From positions 2,592,001 through 2,656,000 of the forward strand of contig OZ253564.1 in the NCBI GenBank assembly GCA_965262915.1: DNA of 64,000 bases. Direction: 5' to 3'. Position 1 is the first letter of the stretch; each line of letters begins with the position of its first letter. Source of the stretch: Candidatus Spongiisociaceae bacterium. GTDB taxonomy: Bacteria; Actinomycetota; Acidimicrobiia; Spongiisociales; Spongiisociaceae. The position numbers and the translations under genes were made by a program. The notes beneath the pieces are model-generated. The model was given only the letters and a program-made list of their open reading frames with translations, had not been told where the DNA came from and ran no database searches. This document shows, piece by piece, positions 1 through 8,612 of the stretch.

Positions 1-521
1 AAGCGAACTCGGTCGCTGGTGTCCGGTACCGCTTCCATGTCGCCCAGCTTCACCAGACCCAGGACGGCCACGGCCGCCCGGCGGTCCTGGAGTCCTACCT
101 CCCCGGCGGTCCTCGTCAGGTACTCACCCTCCCCCAGGCTGGTCACGTAGATGGTCTTTTTCTTCCTCTTGTCGAAAATCTCCAGCGGCCTCGCCTCGAG
201 CGAAGCTCCCGTGGCGAACTTGGCCGACTCCAGGAAGATCCTCCTGCAAGCAACCCGGTGGGGGCGCCCGCACGGGAAACGTAACATCGTGTCATGGTCC
301 CGGTCGATCTCCATGCCGCCCATGACAGCCATGGCCCGTGCCACGAACCGGGTTCGCTCGGCTGCCCCCTCGCGGGAACTATACGAGTGAACGAGGAACC
401 GGGCCCCGTCGTCGGCCGTCTGCTCGTACAGGCCGAGGGTTATGTCCTGGCAGTGCGTGTCCATCGCCACCAACTCGATGCGCCGGCCGATCGACTTCAG
501 ACGTCTGGTCCCTACGGCCAT
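1..521 (-). CDS. Hypothetical protein, runs off the window edge
   Basis: Manual translation gives an open frame from ATG 521 (MAVGTRRLKSIGRRIELVAMDTHCQDITLGLYEQ...) to position 1, with a GGAG RBS-like motif upstream and GC-rich third positions. It is absent from the ORF track because its stop lies outside the window. Confidence 0.65.
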   Translation of the reverse strand, partial: MAVGTRRLKSIGRRIELVAMDTHCQDITLGLYEQTADDGARFLVHSYSSREGAAERTRFVARAMAVMGGMEIDRDHDTMLRFPCGRPHRVACRRIFLESAKFATGASLEARPLEIFDKRKKKTIYVTSLGEGEYLTRTAGEVGLQDRRAAVAVLGLVKLGDMEAVPDTSDRVR

Positions 522-663
522 ATCACTCCGGTGGGGTCGCGATACCTACGGATCGAATGCTATCAGTTTGGGCAATCCGGTAGCCGACCATCAGCGCCAT
601 TGGTGAAACCACCGGCCACCCTTCACCCAGACCGTCCGTCGGTGAGGAGTCCGCAGGTGTAAC

Positions 664-1239
664 TCACCGGTCAGGCACACCGGCCGCTGGCCACTGACCA
701 CCGGCCACCGACCCGTAGGTGGCGGCGAGTCGCTGGTAGGCCACCACGCCGTGACGCTGGCGCTCGATCTCGGCCTCGGTCAACTCCCGCACCGGCTTGG
801 CGGGTATGCCCATCGCCAGGGTCCACGGCGGGATAGTCCTCCCTTCGGGGAGCAGGGCCCCTGAGGCAAGCCAGGCGCCGTTGCCCAGTACCGCTCCGTT
901 CAGCGCGCGGGCGCCGATCCCGACCAGGCAATGGTTCCCGATCGTGGCGCCGTGGAGCACCACGCTGTGGCCGACCGTGGAGTGGTCGCCGACGGCACAC
1001 GGGAAACCTTCGTCCACGTGCATCACGACGTTGTCCTGGATGTTGGAGTAGGTGCCTACTTCGACTCGATCGAACTCGGCCCGGATCACCACCCCGAACA
1101 TGACCACCGCGTTTGCCCGGATCGCAGCGTCGCCGTATATGTGGACTCCGGGGGCGATAAAGGCCGATGGATGGATGACCGGGCTACCCATCGGTATCGG
1201 TTCGGTCGGGTATTCCGGTGGCATCGAGTTTCCGTGCAT
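664..1239 (-). CDS. Gamma carbonic anhydrase / hexapeptide-repeat family protein
   Basis: Left-handed beta-helix repeats and His motifs (NIQDNVVMHVD, VGHSVVLHGATIG). Start ATG 1239 sits 7 nt after TACAGT (-10-like); 1224 is an alternative start. Confidence 0.88.
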   Translation of the reverse strand: MHGNSMPPEYPTEPIPMGSPVIHPSAFIAPGVHIYGDAAIRANAVVMFGVVIRAEFDRVEVGTYSNIQDNVVMHVDEGFPCAVGDHSTVGHSVVLHGATIGNHCLVGIGARALNGAVLGNGAWLASGALLPEGRTIPPWTLAMGIPAKPVRELTEAEIERQRHGVVAYQRLAATYGSVAGGQWPAAGVPDR

Positions 1240-1288
1240 CGGGAGCACTGTAATGGGGCCTATATACTTGAGTGCCCATGCGGGCTGC

Positions 1289-2572
1289 TCAGGCATACTG
1301 TTCTGCGGCGACCACTTGCGTCCCCGCCCCGAGAGGCGAGTCGGTCTCACGGTGGTTGTTTGTAGTGCGCGCCGCGTCAGGTGGTGGCCCCTCCCGACCC
1401 CGGACCTGTGGGAAGGCCCGGGCGCATATGTTCCTGGCGGCGTTGACGTCCCGGCACAGGCTGAGACGTCAACGCCCGCACCGATAGACTCTGGTTCCGA
1501 GCGGCATCGGCTGGCGATGCCCGCACCGGGAGCAATCGGTGCTGGTATGGGAAGGGCTCACCTTCACATACGGGACACCAGCTTTCTCGGCTTTGTGTCC
1601 CAGTACGAGGTCGAAGGTACCCCACCGCTGTTCCGACATCTTCTTGGAGTATCTGCGGGAGCGGAGCAGTCCCGCGATGTTGAGGTCCTCGACGGCGACG
1701 CCGTCCAAGGAAGTAACGAGGTCGTGGGCCAGGCGGAAGTCCGCCGCCCGGGCTCTCTCGGTTTCCCTGCGCCGGACCCTGGCCACAGCAGCCCGCTTCT
1801 TGGCCCGGGACCGAGATCCCCGTTGTGCCCGTGCCAGACGCCGCTGGTACCGGCGGACAGTCACATTGTCGATAGTCCGCGCCGGTACGTACCGCCCGTC
1901 GGACAGTGCCATCCGCGTTGTGAGGCCCTTGTCTATCCCCACCGGGTTCAGGGGAGCGGACACCACCTCAGGATCCGCTCCATGTTTGAGCACCGCGTGT
2001 ATCTCCACCCGCAACGGGGTGCGCACCACCCGCAGCTCCACCACCGTGCCAGCATCGAGAGCGGCGGCCAGCCGTCCGTTGCGATCGCAGAACCTGGCTG
2101 CGGGGACTCCCTTGACCCGCAGACGCCACCATCGACCCACGGGACCCGGCGGTACGAGCATCGATGCCCTCGCTCCCACTATCTCTATGCTTCTCCACCG
2201 GTGTCGGGGCTTGAAGCGGGGGTATCCGGGCTTGGTCCCTTCCTTGCTGCAGCGCTTGTAGAAGGACTTGACCGTACGGTCGAAACGACAGATGACGCCC
2301 CGGCCCACCCTGGTGTCCACCGCCGCCCAGCGGGGATCCTCGTTCCGGACCAGGGTGAACATCTTGAACAGGTCGTAACGGGACAGGTTCCGATCCGCGG
2401 GGTACTGCCCAGCTCCCGGGTTGTGTTCCCTCCACCACGCGTAGGTGCCCTTCCAAGACTCGAGGAGGGCGTTGTACATTTCGCAGGAGATGGCCAGTAT
2501 CTCATCCAGGCAGCGGTGTTGGGACGGGGAGCACTTCGCCGTGAACCTCAACGTCGTCACCCGAGAGGACAT
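1289..2572 (-). pseudogene. tnpB: RNA-guided endonuclease TnpB with an in-frame TGA at 1469-1471
   Basis: Motifs KPGYPRFK, RuvC-I VGIDKGL, RuvC-II VAVEDLNI and Zn finger TSTDCSRCG...YRCGR*. The frame continues past the stop as RLSLCRDVNAARNI (RuvC-III) to a TGA at 1289. Confidence 0.9.
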
Positions 2573-2578
2573 AGTCTC

Positions 2579-2600
2579 ATAATAGTTGGGGGTTGTGACA
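2579..2600 (-). promoter_or_regulatory. Putative leaderless promoter of tnpB, PafBC/RecA-NDp-like
   Basis: TGTCAC-N10-TATTAT-N6-ATG, compared with the actinobacterial PafBC motif TGTCGG-N10-TA-N3-T. Confidence 0.4.
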
Positions 2601-2785
2601 CTTCGAGACAATGTGGGCACTCACGTATATAAGCCCCACTGTAATCAACTGTAGCGGTCCGTACCGCCCGACCACGCTGCGCTGTTGACACCGGCTACGG
2701 CCATCGCATACGCTTCTGACGCTGGTGCGAGGTCCGGCGGGACGGGCCGGATCGGCACTCGGACTGTTACTACGGGGAGGTCGGC

Positions 2786-3562
2786 ATGGTGCGGTTCAAG
2801 GACCGGGTTGCGGTGGTGACCGGAGGAGCGTCGGGGATCGGCGGCGCCACCGCCAGGGAGTTTCTCCGGGCGGGCGCCGGCGTGGTGGTCATCGACCTGC
2901 AGCCCGTGGATCACGACTACCTGACCCGCGATCTCGACTGCTCCCCCGACTCACTCCGGTCGATCCAGGGCAGCGTGGCGGAGATCGACGACTGCCGTCG
3001 TGCGGTTGCCGAAGCCGTGGACAGCTTCGGCCGCATCGATTGCCTGGTCAACAACGCCGCCAGCTTCGTGGTCGAGGCACTGGATGTGACCAAGGAGGAC
3101 TGGGACGCCAGTTGGTCGACCAACGTTCTGGGATCGACCAATATGGTCCAGGCCGCCTTCGAGCCCCTGAAGGATGTGGGGAACGGGGCCATCGTGAACG
3201 TGGCCAGCGTCGTCGCGGTGGTGGCGAAACCGGGTGCTTGGACGTACCACGGTACCAAAGGGGCTGTGCTGGCGATGACGATGTGCATGGCCCTCGACCT
3301 CGGCGTTCACGGGATCAGGGCCAATACGATCAGCCCTGGCTGGACCTGGACCGAAGCGACCGCGGCCATCATCGACCGCAAGGCCTACGAGGAATACATC
3401 GTCCCGCACATGATGCTGAACCGCTGCGGGGAGACCATTGACGTGGCCCGCGCCATCCTCTTCCTGTGCAGCGACGACGCGTCGTTCATAACCGGTACCG
3501 ACCTCAAGGTCGACGGCGGCTACAGCGCCATGGGGCCGGAGGGGAAGTCCCACCCGGTCTGA
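2786..3562 (+). CDS. SDR family NAD(P)-dependent oxidoreductase
   Basis: TGGASGIG, NNAA, YxxxK (YHGTK), ITGTDLKVDGG; GGAGG RBS. Confidence 0.95.
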   Translation: MVRFKDRVAVVTGGASGIGGATAREFLRAGAGVVVIDLQPVDHDYLTRDLDCSPDSLRSIQGSVAEIDDCRRAVAEAVDSFGRIDCLVNNAASFVVEALDVTKEDWDASWSTNVLGSTNMVQAAFEPLKDVGNGAIVNVASVVAVVAKPGAWTYHGTKGAVLAMTMCMALDLGVHGIRANTISPGWTWTEATAAIIDRKAYEEYIVPHMMLNRCGETIDVARAILFLCSDDASFITGTDLKVDGGYSAMGPEGKSHPV

Positions 3563-3590
3563 GTACCGGAGGCCCCCGACCCTCTTAATA

Positions 3591-3617
3591 CAGATTGAAA
3601 GTGGTAGTTTCAATCTG
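3591..3617. promoter_or_regulatory. Perfect 10-bp inverted repeat upstream of the AAA ATPase gene (operator-like)
   Basis: CAGATTGAAA-N7-TTTCAATCTG; TAGCCT -10-like box just before ATG 3644. Confidence 0.45.
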
Positions 3618-3643
3618 CACGGGATGCGGGTAGCCTGATCACC

Positions 3644-4813
3644 ATGATCGAGCGCGAGATCACTCCCCACCTGACCGCCCTCTTCGAGCACTACCCCTTC
3701 GTCACGGTGACCGGACCGCGGCAGTCCGGTAAGACGACCCTGTGCCGGGCGACCTTTCCCGACCTCGACTACGCCAACCTCGAAGCGCCAGACGTGCGGG
3801 AGTTCGCCGAATCCGATCCGCGGCGCTTTCTAGCCCGCTTCAGCCGGGGCGCGATCATCGACGAGATACAGCACGTGCCCTCGCTGTTGTCATACCTGCA
3901 GGTCCTCGCTGACGAGATAGGCCGGAACAGCCTCTTCGTGCTCACGGGCAGCGAGCAGTTCGGGCTTTCCGACACCATCAGCCAGTCTCTGGCCGGTCGG
4001 ACAGCGTTACTCCGTCTCCTGCCCTTCTCCCTGGACGAACGCCGCCGCACCGGCGCCAAGGACACAGTGGACGACATCATCTACTCGGGTTTCTATCCGC
4101 GCATCCACGACCGAGGGCTCGAACCCAGACAAGCGCTCCGCGACTACTTGGAGACGTACGTCGAGCGCGACGTACGCCGGATGGGCGGGATACGCAACCT
4201 TTCCGGTTTCCGGCTCTTCGCCCGCTTGTGCGCCGGGCGAGTCGGACAGCTGCTCAACCTCAGTGCGCTGGGTTCGGACGCAGGCGTGTCACACACGACG
4301 GCGCGAGCATGGATGACGACACTGGAAAGGAGTTACGTAACCTTCCGGCTGCGACCGTTTCACACCAACATACGGAAGCGTTTGGTCAAATCACCCAAAC
4401 TGTACTTCTACGACGTCGGGCTGGCCTGCTATCTCATCGGTATCGAACGCGTCGAGCAGATCGCTACCCACCCCCTGCGAGGGCCGCTGTTTGAGAACCT
4501 GGTAGTCGCCGAGGTGCTGAAGCACCGCTTCAATCAGGGCCGCCGATCCAACCTCTCTTTCTTCCGTGACTCGCAAGGATTGGAATGCGACCTCTTCTAC
4601 GAGAGCGGACAAGCCATCGGCGCCATCGAGATCAAAGCGGGTTCTACCGTGGCCTCCGATTACTTCCGTTCCCTGGACCGCGTCGCCGAGTTGATCCCCC
4701 GAGTCTCTTCCAAAGCCGTTGTCTACGGTGGCCTCACCAACCAGTCGCGAAGCAGGGGTGAAGTAGTGCCGTTGTCCCGGCTACAAGAGCTGCTTCAACG
4801 GTTGGAAACATAG
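3644..4813 (+). CDS. AAA+ ATPase with C-terminal DUF4143 (PD-(D/E)xK-like) domain
   Basis: Walker A GPRQSGKT, Walker B IIDEIQ, LTGS, SLAGR, KSPKLYFYDVGL, ECDL...AIEIK. Confidence 0.92.
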   Translation: MIEREITPHLTALFEHYPFVTVTGPRQSGKTTLCRATFPDLDYANLEAPDVREFAESDPRRFLARFSRGAIIDEIQHVPSLLSYLQVLADEIGRNSLFVLTGSEQFGLSDTISQSLAGRTALLRLLPFSLDERRRTGAKDTVDDIIYSGFYPRIHDRGLEPRQALRDYLETYVERDVRRMGGIRNLSGFRLFARLCAGRVGQLLNLSALGSDAGVSHTTARAWMTTLERSYVTFRLRPFHTNIRKRLVKSPKLYFYDVGLACYLIGIERVEQIATHPLRGPLFENLVVAEVLKHRFNQGRRSNLSFFRDSQGLECDLFYESGQAIGAIEIKAGSTVASDYFRSLDRVAELIPRVSSKAVVYGGLTNQSRSRGEVVPLSRLQELLQRLET

Positions 4814-5019
4814 ATTACAGGATCGATGCGTTGGAAGGCCTCGGCCTGCTCGTCCGTGACGGATCCCGGGAGGGCCTCGTCAGCGGCGGCCCGCACCGAC
4901 GGGATACTGTTCAAGACAAGACGGTCGTTCGCCCGTGACCTCGCCGAGCCCTATCTGTCTTTGGACCCGAAACCTACGAATAGTCGAATCGGCCCCTCGA
5001 CTACCTCACCGGTAACCGA

Positions 5020-6219
5020 TCATGTGATCGACCGGTAGAGCGCGGTCGACAGGGCGCGGGGTCGGCGGTCGGTACCTATCTCCAGATGGGTCTGGTTCAT
5101 GGCGTAGCCGAAACCTACTCCGGCTACGGGATCGGCGTAGCCGAGAGCGCCGCCCAACCCTTGCATCCCGAAGGCCTCGTCGGTCGGTCCGAACGACATG
5201 CCGCCCGGCGTGGATCGGCCGTAGCCGAGGGCTACCCGGGACTCACCTCCGAAGATGGCGTCGGTTCCCCTGGCCTGCTCGGCCGAGTGGATGGCGATGG
5301 ATGACTCGGAAACGATCCGCACCCCGTCGAGTTCGCCTCTGCAGGCGAGCATGGCGTACATGCGGGCCACGCTGCGGGCGTCGGCCACCCCGTTCACGGC
5401 CGGCATCTCGGCCGCCCAGAAGGTCGGATCGTTGCCCATGTCGATGGGCGACCCGCCCTCGGGCCCGATGAACAGGGCGGCGCCGGCCGGGTTCTCGGGT
5501 CCCCCGATGGCCGCCATGAGATCGAACGCGGGAGCGGGATCGTGCAACAACCTGGCCACCCTCGGGCGCTGCTCGTCGGGAAGGCCGATCCAGAACTCGA
5601 GGCCAAGCGGTCGGGCGACCTCCTCTGCAAAAAAAGTTCCCAGGGTGCGGCCGTCGATCCGTCGCACCAGCTCGCCCACCAGCCAGCCGTAGGTGATGGG
5701 GTGGTAGCCGAGCCGGGTTCCCGGTTCCCAGACGAGGGGCGCCGCCGCCAGCCGGGCGGCTATCTCGGTCGTGCGACGCCAACCAGCCGCATCGTCGAAA
5801 CTCACCAGGTTCCAGTAGTCGGGAAAGGACGGTATCCCGACCGTGTGGTTGAGGAGCTGCCGAACCCGCACTCGGTCCTTGCCTCGGGCCGCGAACTCGG
5901 GCCAGTAGCTAGTAACCGGCGCTTCCAAGTCCATCTGACCGCGATCAGCCAGTATCTGGGCTACCAGGGCCGCGGCTCCTTTGGTGACCGAGAAGACCGG
6001 GACCAGCGTGTCCTCGGCCCACGGCCGGTCGGGCGTTGCCATGCCGGACCAGATGTTGACGACCCGCTCTCCGCCCACGTAGGCGCAGAACTCGGCCCCC
6101 ACCTCACCTCTGGTCGCGAAGTTCTCCTCGAAGGCGGCGGCCACCGGCTCGAAGCCCGCGGCCACGTATCCGCTGAGGTCGGGCACTGCTCTCCTGTCTC
6201 TCGTTGTTGTAACGGCCAC
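5020..6219 (-). CDS. Serine hydrolase, beta-lactamase/esterase (EstB-like) family
   Basis: SxxK (FSVTK), LLNHTVG, WEPGTRLGYH. Confidence 0.92.
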   Translation of the reverse strand: MAVTTTRDRRAVPDLSGYVAAGFEPVAAAFEENFATRGEVGAEFCAYVGGERVVNIWSGMATPDRPWAEDTLVPVFSVTKGAAALVAQILADRGQMDLEAPVTSYWPEFAARGKDRVRVRQLLNHTVGIPSFPDYWNLVSFDDAAGWRRTTEIAARLAAAPLVWEPGTRLGYHPITYGWLVGELVRRIDGRTLGTFFAEEVARPLGLEFWIGLPDEQRPRVARLLHDPAPAFDLMAAIGGPENPAGAALFIGPEGGSPIDMGNDPTFWAAEMPAVNGVADARSVARMYAMLACRGELDGVRIVSESSIAIHSAEQARGTDAIFGGESRVALGYGRSTPGGMSFGPTDEAFGMQGLGGALGYADPVAGVGFGYAMNQTHLEIGTDRRPRALSTALYRSIT

Positions 6220-6253
6220 GATCGGATGGCCGATCGGGTGGTCTCAACGCGCG

Positions 6254-6287
6254 GAGCAGGCCCCGGATCGGGCTCCGGGGCCTGCTC
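6254..6287. terminator. GC-rich hairpin after the ABC substrate-binding gene (terminator or stabiliser)
   Basis: Perfect 14-bp stem GAGCAGGCCCCGGA / TCCGGGGCCTGCTC with a 6-nt loop; no clear U-tract. Confidence 0.5.
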
Positions 6288-6300
6288 TCGGTCGGCTGTG

Positions 6301-7665
6301 CTACAGAGGCTTCATGATCCAGGCGACCAGGTCCTCTCGGGCCTGGAGCTTGGCGAACCACTCCTTCTCGACCTCGAAGACACGCCAGTCGGAATCCGCC
6401 GCGACGGTTCCCGCCTCCACCGCGTTCCTGTGCGAGTTGGCGATCGACAGGTCCATGTTGGTGGGTGAACCGTCGGCGAAGTAGTGGTCCCAAGCGTCCT
6501 GGAACCGTACGTAGTCCTCGATGTTGAAGAGCTCGGCCTTGAGGGTCTCGTCGTCCACCAGGACGCCGCCGGCTCGCCTCACCGCCTCGTGCATCGGGGG
6601 AAGCACATCTTCGGTGCGGTTGTGCAGGTATCGGGTGGTCCGGTACCAGATCGCCAGCAAGCGCAGCGCCGTCTCCTCGTTCTCCGCCAGCCACTGCTCG
6701 GTGGAGGCGTAGGTGCTGTACCACAGACCGGTCGCTCCGAACGCCTGGAACGGGGCGGCCGAGGTGAACTTGTCTCTCAGGTCCGGGGCGGTGAGCATCC
6801 GGTGCATCTGGATGCTGTCACCCATGTGGTAGTCACCCTCGCCGGCGATGAACGAGGTGGACGCCACGTTGATGTCGGCGAAGCCGATGATCTCGACATC
6901 GTCGAGCGTGAGTCCGCCCTGCTCGAGTAGCGCCTTGAGGGTCGGGATGCTGCCCGGATCCCAGATGGCGAAGCTCCTGCCTGCCAGCGCCGCGGAGAAT
7001 TCCTGGTTGGCCACTGCGAGGTCTCCACCGGCGTCCACGAAGAAATCTAGCCAAGGCTTATGGACCGCCGCGCCGGTGGCGGGGTCCTTGCGGCCGATGA
7101 TCTGGAAACCTCTCCACTGGTAGGAGGTGATCCAGTTCCGGAACTCCGGAATGCTCTCGTACACACCGAAGCCGCAGGCCGGGCAGGAGGCGATGACATC
7201 GAACGCGCCCCGCTTCAGCGCGGCGGTCGGGAAGAACCCCTGGCTCGAGATGTCCAGCTCGATGTTGAGTTCATCGGCGATGCCCAATGCCTTGGAGGCA
7301 GCCCACAGGTTGAACGGGTAGAAGGGCCCGCCGTTGATCCGCACCGTGACAAGCGGCGCGTCCGGGATCATCGGCCCCATATCCGGTTCCTCCTGCTCCA
7401 CCACTACCACTACCTCTTGCGGCGCGGCCGGCGCTGCTGTTGTTGTGGGCGCGGCCGTGGTGGTGGGCGCTGCTGTTGTTGTGGGCGCGGCCGTGGTGGT
7501 GGGCGCTGCTGTTGTTGTGGGCGCGGCCGTGGTGGTGGGCGCTGCTGTAGTGGTCGGCGCAGCCGTGGTGGCTGCCGGCTCCTCTGTGCCGCCGCACGCT
7601 AGCGCGACCAAGGCCAGTACCGCCAGGATCGCCGTCAAGCGCCATCTCGCTCGTAAGTTTCTCAC
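6301..7665 (-). CDS. ABC transporter substrate-binding lipoprotein (SsuA/NMT1-like) with a Pro/Thr/Ala linker
   Basis: Lipobox LALACG, (APTTTA)n linker, LLEQGGLTLDDVEII; adjacent to two permeases. Confidence 0.8.
   Translation of the reverse strand: MRNLRARWRLTAILAVLALVALACGGTEEPAATTAAPTTTAAPTTTAAPTTTAAPTTTAAPTTTAAPTTTAAPTTTAAPAAPQEVVVVVEQEEPDMGPMIPDAPLVTVRINGGPFYPFNLWAASKALGIADELNIELDISSQGFFPTAALKRGAFDVIASCPACGFGVYESIPEFRNWITSYQWRGFQIIGRKDPATGAAVHKPWLDFFVDAGGDLAVANQEFSAALAGRSFAIWDPGSIPTLKALLEQGGLTLDDVEIIGFADINVASTSFIAGEGDYHMGDSIQMHRMLTAPDLRDKFTSAAPFQAFGATGLWYSTYASTEQWLAENEETALRLLAIWYRTTRYLHNRTEDVLPPMHEAVRRAGGVLVDDETLKAELFNIEDYVRFQDAWDHYFADGSPTNMDLSIANSHRNAVEAGTVAADSDWRVFEVEKEWFAKLQAREDLVAWIMKPL
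7430..7571. repeat. Coding tandem repeat: 18-bp units arranged as a 36-bp super-unit (3 perfect copies plus degenerate ones)
   Basis: GGCGCTGCTGTTGTTGTG-GGCGCGGCCGTGGTGGTG x3 at 7430-7537; encodes PTTTAA. Confidence 0.9.
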
Positions 7666-7746
7666 TTTGTCCTCCCCTTTCTCAGGGTCCCTATGGCTTG
7701 TGTCGGAGGTAGTTACATTTCATCGGTCGCGTTCACATCGCTGGGA

Positions 7747-8607
7747 TCAATTACCGAGCATGCTACCGACCAGTCCCCGCTCGGTGCGTGGGCTCCAGCG
7801 AGTTACTTTCGCCGCGATCAAGCGAACGGTCTGGTCGAAGACGATCGCCATCGTGCAGAATACGAATATGATCATGAGCATTCCCGCCGGGTCGAGATAC
7901 TGGTTCCGGACCAACAAGATGAAGCCCAGACCGGTTCGGGAACCGCCGATGAGTTCTACGGCCGCATCGAGCCCCCATGCAGAGGCTGCGGCCAGGCGGA
8001 GGAACCCGACCAGATGGGGGATGATCGCCGGCACTACCACCGTCCGGTAGATGTGAAACCGGCTCGCTCCTGTGGTGAGTGAAGCCTGGATGTAGATGTG
8101 GGGGACGTTGCGTATCGCTTCCAGGGTCACAAGGGTCCACAAGAGGAACATGGCTAAGGCTACCAGCGTCACCTGGGGCCCGTATCCGACTCCGAACCAA
8201 AGTATGGAGAACGGTATCAGCGCGAACAGCGGAATGGGGCGGACCAGGTTGTCAAGGGTTGCCTCGAAGAAGCGACGGATGAAAGAGCTGTAGCCGAAGA
8301 TGATGCCGGTGGCCAGCCCGGTGACGCTACCCAACGCCATCCCCAACAACACCATTCGCAGCGAGGCCCATGTAGCGGCCGGGAGCAGGTCGATGATTTC
8401 GATGAACGATCTGACGACAGCTTCCGGTTTCGGAAGCTTGGAAGGATCGACGAGGCCGCGGGTCACCGCGTACCAGACCAGCAGGGCAATGAACGGGACC
8501 ACGGATGCATCGGCAAGACGGCGTCCCGGTCCGGTGTCGGCAACCCGAACGCTGATCCGGCTTCTCTCCGCTCGGGTCGGGGGCCGTGAGAGGCGTGGTA
8601 GAGCCAT
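7747..8607 (-). CDS. ABC transporter permease (SsuC/TauC family)
   Basis: Hydrophobic TM segments; EAA-like loop IYIQASLTTGASRFHIYRTVVVPA; AVELIGGSRTGLG. Confidence 0.9.
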   Translation of the reverse strand: MALPRLSRPPTRAERSRISVRVADTGPGRRLADASVVPFIALLVWYAVTRGLVDPSKLPKPEAVVRSFIEIIDLLPAATWASLRMVLLGMALGSVTGLATGIIFGYSSFIRRFFEATLDNLVRPIPLFALIPFSILWFGVGYGPQVTLVALAMFLLWTLVTLEAIRNVPHIYIQASLTTGASRFHIYRTVVVPAIIPHLVGFLRLAAASAWGLDAAVELIGGSRTGLGFILLVRNQYLDPAGMLMIIFVFCTMAIVFDQTVRLIAAKVTRWSPRTERGLVGSMLGN

Positions 8608-8612
8608 CTTCG

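Larger units (their letters stand above)
1255..2637 (-). mobile_element. Non-autonomous tnpB-carrying element with terminal inverted repeats and 8-bp target-site duplication
   Basis: TIRs at 1255-1278 (GGGGCCTATATACTTGAGTGCCCA) and 2614-2637 (reverse complement GGGGCTTATATACGTGAGTGCCCA) are 22/24 identical. The direct repeat ACTGTAAT flanks the element at 1247-1254 and 2638-2645. Confidence 0.85.

Noticed and set aside
1052-2632. 526-aa + strand ORF
   Set aside because: Antisense shadow of tnpB and the gamma-CA gene with no recognisable motifs; common in high-GC DNA.
7430-7571. Tandem repeat as a contingency locus
   Set aside because: In-frame Pro/Thr/Ala linker typical of actinobacterial lipoproteins; unit changes would not shift the frame.
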